Assembly: GCF_006345805.1 (NCBI RefSeq)
Contig: NW_021826283.1
Span: 1-14,155 of the forward strand
Direction of reading: 5' to 3'
DNA: 14,155 bases
DNA from: Octopus sinensis
Lineage: Eukaryota
In this document: in pieces, positions 1-8,059 of the stretch
How positions within the stretch are numbered: the first letter of the stretch is position 1
How the letters are laid out: the number at the start of each line of letters is the position of its first letter
The notes under the pieces: generated by a model
The model's input: only the letters and a program-made list of their open reading frames with translations
What the model was told of the DNA's origin: nothing
Database searches by the model: none
Made by a program: the position numbers and the translations under genes

Positions 1-170
1 GCGAGATTGATTCAGTTTCCAGCTAGTTGGCTCATTCTCAATCGCGAGCCCCTGGTCGCCTGAGCGAGAGCCAGGGTCCGCTCCAGCCAGCAATATATTG
101 TAAACAAAGTGAACATCGGTCACTGACTTGCAACAAGCAAAACAGCTAACTGTAAAATCCCAAGTAAAGT

Positions 171-447
171 CCACTGCATTGTACCTTCGGCATGTGTCTT
201 CTACTATAGCCTCGGGCTAACCACAGCCTTCTGAGAGGATATAGTGAAACGAAAACTGGAAGAAGCCCGTTGCATATATATATATATGCAGGAGTGGCTG
301 TGTGGTAAGTAACTTGCTAACCAACCACATGGTTCCTGGTTCAGTCCCACTGCGTGACATCTTGGGCAGGCGTCTTCTGCTATAGCCCCGGGCCGACCAA
401 TGCCTTGTGAGTGGATTTAGAAGACGGAAACTGAAAGAAGCCTGTCG

Positions 448-492
<45 letters not shown>

Positions 493-717
493 GTTTGTGT
501 GTCTGTATTTGTCCCCCTAGCATTGCTTGACAACCGATGCTGGTGTGTTTACGTCCCCGTCACTTAGCGGTTCGGCAAAAGAGACCGATATAATAAGTAC
601 TGGGCTTGCAAAGAATAAGTCCCGGGGTCGATTTGCTCGACTAAAGGCGGTGCTCCAGCATGGCCGCAATCAAATGACTGAAACAAGTAAAAGAGTAAAG
701 AGTAAGAGTATATATAT

Positions 718-765
<48 letters not shown>

Positions 766-937
766 CTGTATGTATGTATGGATGTGGTATATATATCTTG
801 TGTGGGTTTGCGTCTGTGTTTGTCCCCCATCACCGCTTGACAACTGGTGTTGGTGTGTTTACGTTCTGTAACGTAGCGCTTCGGCAAAAGAGGTCGATGC
901 GATAAGTACTAGGCTTTAAAAAAATAGGTCCTGGGTT
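171..937 (+). mobile_element. Older, diverged family-A SINE (head 171-273, 3' part 819-937) split by a younger copy
   Basis: 171-273 aligns with the family-A head/core (ccactgc..gtgtcttctactatagcc..aagaagcccgt). 819-937 aligns with the family-A 3' part (tttgtcccc..gcttgacaac..ttcggcaaaagag..ataagtact). Both carry many substitutions relative to the young copies. Confidence 0.75.
288..708 (+). mobile_element. Family-A tRNA-derived SINE, near full length
   Basis: A-box-like TGGCTGTGTGG, B-box-like GGTTCAGTCC, CORE-like CTTGGGCA, internal (TA)n(TG)n spacer, 3' part ending in (AAGAGT)n. Near-identical to the copies at 4401 and 5688. Confidence 0.9.
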
Positions 938-938
938 C

Positions 939-977
939 ATATACATACATATATATATATATATGTATATATATATG

Positions 978-1017
<40 letters not shown>
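939..1017. repeat. (TA)n microsatellite
   Basis: Direct reading. Confidence 0.95.
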
Positions 1018-1018
<1 letters not shown>

Positions 1019-1600
1019 CTGTCTAGGGCTTCCAGTGCTTCTCCATTTTAAATCTGAATGAGCTAAGTTTCTAACAGAAATCTGCGAAATTTCAAGTCAC
1101 ATGGAGCCGAATCAAACTGTTTTAAATGATGGCACACGCAGGCACGCACACACATATTATATATATATATTATTATTATCATTAATATTAATAATATTAA
1201 TATTAAGTAGTCTCATTTTTATCACGTACTTTCACTGCACTAGCGAGCGTCGCTCTGTGTACCTTGGGTGTATGCTGTGGTTTGTTGAGAAACTCTTATT
1301 TTTATTGTATTGAAAGTATTTTATGTACGATGTGTGCGGTTCCTAGTAGAGTTATTTTCTGTATGTTATATATACTTCTTAGTTCTGGTGTTTTTGTTAT
1401 GCATTTGTCTGAATATTTTTTATCATACCTAATACACCCACTATGATAGGAATTGTTTCTGTTTCTAGACTCCACATTCGAGTTACCTCTATTTCCAGAT
1501 CTTTCTATTTTGAAAGTTTCTCCGTTTCTTTTAGAGAAACATTGTTATCTGTTCGTACTGATACTTCAATATTATCATTATTATTATTATTGCAATTCTT

Positions 1601-1800
1601 AAAGCCGTGGCCTTATAAAACTGTTAGCACACCGGGGAAATTTCATAAAGGCATTTCGTCCGTTCTAAGTTCAAATTCCGCCGAGGTAGATTTTGCTTTT
1701 CACCCTTTCAGAGTCGATAAAATAAATACCAGTTGAGCATAGGGCGACAAGATTGACTGACTTCTCCTCCAAAATGTTCTGGCCTTATGCCAAAATTTGC
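1601..1800 (+). mobile_element. Family-B tRNA-derived SINE, diverged
   Basis: Shares gttagcac-ccggg, GTTCAAATTCCGCCGAGG (B-box-like), gtcgataaaataa-taccagttgagca and ccaaaatttg with 4943-5148. Confidence 0.8.
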
Positions 1801-1837
1801 ATCAAATACTAAAATCTTTGTTTCAGAACCTACTTAC

Positions 1838-2011
1838 CAGTGTCTTGATGTTCTTCACGCGACAACCAGCATAGCAAGGAGATCTAAACATTTGACCATC
1901 TTCGCCACATACAGGTTCGTATTGATCTTCTGGACACTCACAATCCAAACAATAAGCATTCGGATCTATCGATGTATTATCAAAGACGTTTGTTAGGTTA
2001 ACGATGTCGAC
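1838..2011 (-). CDS. SLCO: SLCO/OATP Kazal-like extracellular loop exon, phase 0-0, 174 bp
   Basis: Translation VDIVNLTNVFDNTSIDPNAYCLDCECPEDQYEPVCGEDGQMFRSPCYAGCRVKNIKTL contains the OATP signature C-C-x-C...Y-x-PVCG-x-DG...SPC-x-AGC. Acceptor TTTGCTTTCTCTTTGAACAG| and donor CTG|GTAAGT. Absent from the ORF track. Confidence 0.93.
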
Positions 2012-2047
2012 CTGTTCAAAGAGAAAGCAAACACATTATACAGAGAA

Positions 2048-2067
2048 TACATACATACATACATACA

Positions 2068-2101
<34 letters not shown>

Positions 2102-2702
2102 ATACATACATACATACATACATACATACATACATGCATACATGCATACATACATACATACATATATACATACATACATAATACATACATGCATACATGC
2201 ATACATACATACATACATACATACATGCATACATGCATACATACATACATACATACATAATACATACATACATACATACATAGTACATACATGCATACAT
2301 ACATACATACATGCATACATACATACATATATACATGCATACATACATACATACATACATGCATACATACATACATACATACATATATACATACATACAT
2401 ACATGCATACATACATACATACATACATGCATACATGCATACAACATACATACATACATACATGCATGCATACATACATACATACATACATGCATACATA
2501 CATGCATACATACATACATACATACATAGTACATACATACATACATACATACATACATACATGCATATACATACATACATACATAGTACATACATACATG
2601 CATACATACATACACACATACACACATACATACATACATACATACATACATACATGCATACATACATACATACATACATAATACATACATACATACATAC
2701 AT
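2048..2702. repeat. ~650-bp degenerate (TACA)n microsatellite
   Basis: Direct reading, with TGCA/TAGT/TAAT interruptions. Source of the MYVC/HTYI pseudo-ORFs. Confidence 0.97.
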
Positions 2703-2944
2703 AACATGTGTATACCCGATAATGGCCAAAACTTCGAAGTCACTGTCTATACTATTCTTAAACTGGAATAATAAATACTCTGCGAAAGTATGGAATAACC
2801 CTACATATTAATGTAAAATTGTTTTATTATACTTCAACATAAAAATAAACATCAATATATATTTGGGAAGTTGGGGTGTGTGTATGTATGTATGTATGTA
2901 TGTATGTATGTATGTATGGTATCTATGTATGTATGTATTTGAAT

Positions 2945-3150
2945 ATGTGACCGCATGTGTACTGTTGTTGATTTTCTTTCTCCGTCTTCCCTTCCTTGGA
3001 CCTTTCCTTTTTCTATATTTCTGACGAAGAGTTCCGCCCGAAACGTTAAATCCTCCTTCTTTCTTTCCTTTCCTAAGCGTCCAATAACACTATACTTGTT
3101 CCACGTCCTCATGTTGTTGTGTTTTCTCTTTGTTCATGTTTGGATTAACT
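2945..3150 (+). mobile_element. Microsatellite-bracketed non-autonomous cassette, Penelope-like (pLTR-like), with hammerhead-like motif
   Basis: Pyrimidine-rich body containing CTGACGA...GAAACGTT, flanked by (TATG)n on both sides (2877-2938 and 3150-3302). Its 3' part (ttcct-agcgt..aataacac..cttgtt) resembles 10236-10270. The family assignment is an inference. Confidence 0.6.
3017..3051 (+). ncRNA. Minimal type I hammerhead ribozyme-like motif (degenerate stem II)
   Basis: ATTT-CTGACGA-A-GAGT-TCC-GCCC-GAAAC-GT-T-AAAT: stem I ATTT/AAAT, conserved core, palindromic AACGTT stem III. Stem II has one mismatch and one wobble. Confidence 0.6.
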
Positions 3151-3302
3151 ATGTATGTATGTATGTATGTATGTATGTATGTATGTATGTATGTATGTAT
3201 GTATGTATGTATGTATGTTTGGATTAACTATGTATGTATGTATGTATGTTTGTATGTATGTATGTTATGTATTATGTATGTATGTATGTATGTATGCATG
3301 TA
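3150..3302. repeat. (TATG)n microsatellite
   Basis: Direct reading. Confidence 0.95.
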
Positions 3303-3517
3303 TATTCTCGGAATTCAACATCAGCTGAAAAGTTGCGTATTTTAAAAACTAACCATTGATTAAATTGAAAATATTATTACTTGCTTTGCATAAAATATTA
3401 ACCAAGCACAACAACATGTGCGCTTCTTGGACTTCGTAATAGACTTCTTCCGTAGAAATGTTTCAGCCTACAATTCTGTAATTACATTCTCAGCTTGGTT
3501 TTGCTTTCAAAAATCTT

Positions 3518-3832
3518 GGCATTCCGTCGGCTATGACACGAGGGATCCAGTTGATCCGCTCAACGGAACAGCCTGCTCGTGAAATTAATGTGCAAGTGAC
3601 ACAGTACTCCATAAACCCGTGTACCCCTTAATGTAGTTTTTAGGGAGATTCAGGGAGATCACAGAGTGTGACAATTCTGGCCCTTTGAAATACGGATACT
3701 ACTCATTTTTGCCGGCTGTGTGGACTGGAGCAATGTGAAATATAACGTCCTGCACAAGGACACAGTACACCACCGGGTATTGAACTCACGACCTTACGAT
3801 CGTAAGCCAAGTACCCTAGCTAATAAGCCACG
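3518..3832 (-). mobile_element. Family-C tRNA/CORE-like SINE
   Basis: On the minus strand: TGGCTTATTAG A-box-like, GAGTTCAATACCC B-box (3775-3787), then gtgtccttgtgcaggac..ttgctccagtccacacagc..aaaaatgagt resembling the CORE domain, then a distinct 3' tail. Confidence 0.75.
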
Positions 3833-4245
3833 TACTCTTTTACTCTTCTACTTGTTTCAGTCATTTGACTGCGGCCATGCTGGAGCACCGCCTTTAGTCG
3901 AGCAAATCGCCCCCGGGACTTATTCTTTGTAAGCCCAGTACTTATTCTATCGGTCTCTTTTGCCGAACCGCTAGGTGACGGGGACGTAAACACACCAACA
4001 TCGGTTGTCAATCAATGTTAGGGGGACAACCAAGACACACAAACATATACACCACACACATATATATAATATATACATATATACGACAGGCTTCTTTCAG
4101 TTTCCGTCTACCAATCCACTCACAGGCATTGGTCGGCCCGGGGCTATAGCAGAAGACACTTGCCCAAGATGCCACGCAGTGGGACTGAACCCGGAACCAT
4201 GTGGTTGGTAAGCAAGCAGCTTACCACACAGCAACTCCTGCGCCT
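3833..4245 (-). mobile_element. Family-A SINE, full length (copy V)
   Basis: Reverse complement of the copy at 4401-4820, with a handful of differences. Confidence 0.92.
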
Positions 4246-4400
4246 ATACATTCACTTTTCAAACATGAACTTGCTGGAAATCAAACTGAACATCGATCGT
4301 ATCAATCAGGCCATGATATCCCTAAATCCCAGTCGAAGAGAGCTCGTTAGTGAATATGAGAACAGCTTAATCTAAGACTATTGAAAAAAGAATCAACAAT

Positions 4401-4820
4401 AGGCGCAGGAGTGGCTGTTTGGTAAGTAGCTTGCTAACCAACCACATGGTTCCGGGTTCAGTCCCACTGCGTGGCATCTTGGGCAAGTGTCTTCTGCTAT
4501 AGCCCCGGGCCGACCAATGCCTTGTGAGTGGATTTGGTAGACGGAAACTGAAAGAAGCCTGTCGTATATATGTTATATATATAATAAGTGTGTGTGAATA
4601 TGTTTGTGTGTCTGTGTTTGTTCCCCTAGCATTGCTTGACAACCGATGCTGGTGTGTTTACGTCCCCGTCACTTAGCGGTTCGGCAAAAGAGACCGATAG
4701 AATAAGTACTGGGCTTACAAAGAATAAGTCCCGGGCTCGATTTGCTCGACTAAAGGCGGTGCTCCAGCATGGCCGCAGTCAAATGACTGAAATAAGTAAA
4801 AAGAGAAAAAGAGAAAAGAG
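4401..4820 (+). mobile_element. Family-A SINE, full length (copy W), imperfect TSD
   Basis: Starts AGGCGCAGGAG and ends in an AAGAG tail. Flanks AGAATCAACAAT (4389-4400) and AGAATCAAACGAAT (from 4819) share an exact 8-bp match. Confidence 0.92.
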
Positions 4821-4942
4821 AATCAAACGAATCCTATTGTGATAACCGCAGAATTAAAACAAAATCCCACCAAAATGTAGAATTCTGGCATCCACAGGAA
4901 AGCTCCGCGAGAATGATGAACATCAATATTAAGATAACTTAA

Positions 4943-5357
4943 GGCGTCGAGCTGGCAGAATCGTTAGTACGCCGGGCAATATGCTTAGGGGAATTTCGTC
5001 CCTCTTAAAGTTCAAATTCCGCCGAGGTCGACTTTACATTTCATCCTTTTGGGTTCAATACAATAAGTGCCTATTGAGCACTGGGGCCGATGTAACCGAC
5101 TAATCACCTCCCCCAAAATTGCTGGCCGTCTACTAAAAATTTGAAACCAGATGCTTAACGGCATTTCTTCCGATTCTTTGCGTTCTGAGTTCAAATTCTG
5201 CTGAGATCGACTTTACTTTTTATCCTTTTAGGGCCGATAAAATAAGTGCTGATTGAGCACTGGGATCGATGTAATCGACGTACCCCTTCCCCCAAACTGC
5301 TGGCCGTCTGCCAAAAATTTGAAACCAAATACTCAACGGCATTTCTTCCGATTCTTT
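4943..5357 (+). mobile_element. Family-B SINE with head-to-tail tandem units (1 full, 1 5'-clipped, 1 stub)
   Basis: Units end at GAAACC 5148 and 5326 (period 178 bp). The stub 5327-5357 repeats CGGCATTTCTTCCGATTCTTT. Confidence 0.85.
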
Positions 5358-5428
5358 AAGCATCCTTCCACTCGAAACCACCAACACAGCAACACCATTA
5401 TTACTGTTAACAACAAATAACAACGTAC

Positions 5429-5621
5429 CTTTTTAATAATGTATTAGATCTTGTTTCTAATTCCGGACAAAAATCAATAAGGCAGAGCCAGTAGAAGCAC
5501 AATCGGAAAAAAAGTGCGAAAACTGAGAATTTCAGGCAGGCTTTTGGCCCCATTTTGAAGAAGCTGGTGATGGTTCCTCCAAGCAGGAACCCAACAGATG
5601 CCATCACTATGAGTGTACTAC
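5429..5621 (-). CDS. SLCO: SLCO/OATP transporter coding exon (TM8-TM9), phase 1-2, 193 bp
   Basis: Translation (G)STLIVMASVGFLLGGTITSFFKMGPKACLKFSVFALFFRLCFYWLCLIDFCPELETRSNTLLK(R) resembles the OATP G-FLGG...K...KF...C segment. Acceptor TTCTTTTTCTCCTTCAAG| and donor AAAAG|GTACGT. Overlaps ORF-track 5407..5607. Confidence 0.88.
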
Positions 5622-5687
5622 CTTGAAGGAGAAAAAGAAGGAACAGCTATAATATTGATGTTTTAAAAAATATATTATGACCGTTAT

Positions 5688-6106
5688 AGGCGCAGGAGTG
5701 GCTGTGTGGTAAGTAGCTTGCTAAACAACCACATGGTTCCGGGTTCAGTCCCACTGCGTGGCATCTTGGGCAAGTGTCTTCTGCTATAGCCCCAGGCCGA
5801 CCAATGCCTTGTGAGTGGATTTGGTAGACGGAAACTGAAAGAAGCCTGTCGTATATATGTATATATATATATGTGTGTGTGTGTATATGTTTGTGTGTCT
5901 GTGTTTGTCCCTCTAGCATTGCTTGACAACCGATGCTGGTGTGTTTACGTCCCCGTCACTTAGCGGTTCGGCAAAAGAGACCGATAGAATAAGTACTGGG
6001 CTTACAAAGAATAAGTCCCGGTGTCGATTTGCTCGACTAAAGGCGGTGCTCCAGCATGGCCACAGTCAAATGACTGAAACAAGTAAAAGAGTAAAAGAGT
6101 GAAGAG
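5688..6106 (+). mobile_element. Family-A SINE (copy X)
   Basis: Same architecture as W, with an intact B-box-like GGTTCAGTCC. Confidence 0.92.
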
Positions 6107-6340
6107 TTAGATGAAATAGTGATTTCAAAATTTGCGGGAAGGGTTAAGTCGATTGCATCGACCCCAAGGCTTAACTGGTACATATATGAACGTATACACA
6201 TGTACACGTAGAATATTTACAATTGTGTAAATGTTTATATGAATAGTCTTTCATTCTTTTACTTGTTTCAGTGATTGGACTGCGGGCATGCTTTGGCATT
6301 GAATTTAAGTGTTTGGTCTATCAATTGTTTCCAGTAAAAA

Positions 6341-6591
6341 AAAGTTAAAGTTACTTCCCATATCATATAGGCTCATACGGACCGCTTCCCCAGTTTTCAT
6401 GTCGTATATATTCCTCACCGGGACAGGCCGCCAGTCCATTGCAGGATTTTTTGGTTGTCCCAGCTGAAGGCAACAACAACGTGAAATGAAGTGTTTTGCT
6501 CACGAACACAACATGTCACCCGGTCTAGGAGTCAAAGTCACAATCTTTCGACCATGAGTCAAATATCCTAACCATTGAGCCCTGGGCCTCC
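6341..6591 (-). mobile_element. Family-D tRNA/CORE-like SINE, diverged (duplicated at 7242-7485)
   Basis: Minus-strand head ggaggcccagggctcaatggttagg, then gttgtgttcgtgagcaaaacacttcatttcacgttg (like the family-C core), with a different 3' tail ending (AACTTT)n. Confidence 0.65.
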
Positions 6592-6613
6592 TCTAATCGT
6601 TCTCAGTAGTCAT

Positions 6614-7010
6614 AGGCGCTGGAGTGGCTGTGTGGTAAGTAGCTTGTTTACCAGCCACATGGTTCCGGGTTGCGTGGCACCTTGGGCAAGTGTCTTCTAC
6701 TATAGCCTCGGACCGACCAAAGCCTTGTGAGTGGATTTGGTAGACGGAAACTGAAAGAAGCCCGTCGTATATATGTATGTATTTATATATATATATATAT
6801 GTGTGTGTGTTTGTCCCCCTAGCATTGCTTGACAACCGATGCTGGTGTGTTTATGTCCCCGTTACTTAGCGGTTCGGCAAAAGAGACCGATCGAATAAGT
6901 ACTGGGCTTACAAAGAATAAGTCCCGTTCGATTTGCTCGACTAAAGGCGGTGCTCCCGCATGGCCACAGTCAAATGACTGAAACAAGTAAAAGAGTAAAA
7001 GAGTGAAGAG
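6614..7010 (+). mobile_element. Family-A SINE (copy Y), chimeric Z/X
   Basis: The 5' half shares diagnostic variants with Z, including a 10-nt B-box deletion. The 3' half shares variants and the tail with X. Confidence 0.9.
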
Positions 7011-7507
7011 TTAGATGAAATAGTGATTTCAAAATTTGCGGGAAGGGTTAAGTCGATGCATCGACCCCAGGCTTAACTGGTACATATATGAACGTATACA
7101 CATGTACACGTAGAATATTTACAATTGTGTAAATGTTTATATGAATAGTCTTTCATTCTTTTACTTGTTTTCTGATTGGACTGCGGGCATGCTTGGCATT
7201 GAATTTAAGTGTTTGGTCCTATCAATTGTTTCCAGTAAAAAAAAGTTAAGTTACTTCCCATATCATATAGGCTCATACGGACCGCTTCCCATTTTTCATG
7301 TCGTATATATTCCTCACCGGACAGGCCGCCATCCATTGCAGGATTTTTTGGTTGCCCAGCTGAAGCAACAACAACGTGAAATGAAGTGTTTTGCTCACGA
7401 ACACAACATGTCACCCGGTCTAGGAGTCAAAGTCCAATCTTTCGACCATGAGTCAAATATCCTAACCATTGAGCCCTGGGCCTCCTCTAATCGTTCTCAG
7501 TAGTCAT

Positions 7508-7895
7508 AGGCGCTGGAGTGGCTGTGTGGTAAGTACGTGTTTACCAGCCACATGGTTCCGGGTTGCGTGGCACCTTGGGCAAGTGTCTTCTACTATAGCC
7601 TCGGACCGACCAAAGCCTTGTGAGTGGATTTGGTAGACGGAAACTGAAAGAAGCCCGTCGTATATATGTATGTATTTATATATATATATATAGGTGTGTT
7701 GGTTTTGTCCCCCTAGCATTGCTTGACAACCCGAGCTGGTGTGTGTGTTTATGTCCCCGTCTTAGCGGTTCGCAAAAGAGACCGATAGAATAAGTACTGG
7801 GCTTACAAAAGAATAAGTTCCGGGGTCGAGTTGCTCGATTAAAGGCGGTACTCCAGCATGGCCGCAGTCAAATGACTGAAACAAGTAAAAGAGAG
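7508..7895 (+). mobile_element. Family-A SINE (copy Z), TSD AGTCAT
   Basis: AGTCAT at 7502-7507 and 7896-7901. CAGTCCCACT is deleted from the B-box region. Confidence 0.9.
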
Positions 7896-8059
7896 AGTCA
7901 TTATTTATTTAGTTTTTTTTTTTTATGTCTGACAGTTATTCTACTGGTATCTTTATTGCCGAACCGTTTACTTACGAGGATGTAGAGAGACCATAATCCG
8001 GTAAGAACAGTGAGAGCCAAATAGAGACACATGCATGTACACACATACTGCCCATGTAT

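Larger units (their letters stand above)
6107..7507 (+). repeat. ~900-bp direct tandem duplication (spacer 6107-6613 repeated at 7011-7507)
   Basis: Base-by-base match. The offset drifts from 904 to 894 through many 1-nt indels. Confidence 0.95.

Noticed and set aside
99-106. TGTAAACA forkhead-type site
   Set aside because: A single 8-mer is expected by chance in AT-rich DNA, and there is no supporting cluster or conservation data.
527-871. Recurrent ORFs MTTDAGVFTSP... and MSSNARGT... (also at 3820, 4367, 4636, 5684, 6593)
   Set aside because: They are chance frames inside multi-copy family-A SINEs.
1-1837. Expected next SLCO exon after the Kazal exon
   Set aside because: No minus-strand frame with the expected Cys pattern or TM10 and valid splice sites was found; it probably lies outside the window.
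1993-2743. Long ORFs of MYVC/HTYI repeats, and similar YI, poly-L, poly-E/K and poly-S ORFs at 9200-10470 and 10861-11117
   Set aside because: They are translations of microsatellites that lack stop codons, not genes.
3825-4250. Possibility that copy V inserted into the last bases of the family-C head (TAAGCCACG|...|CGCCT)
   Set aside because: CGCCT is equally the 5' end of family A in all other copies, and no TSD resolves the ambiguity.
4401-4480. tRNA-like A/B boxes in SINE heads
   Set aside because: I could not build a full cloverleaf or acceptor stem, and they continue into SINE bodies, so they are not tRNA genes.
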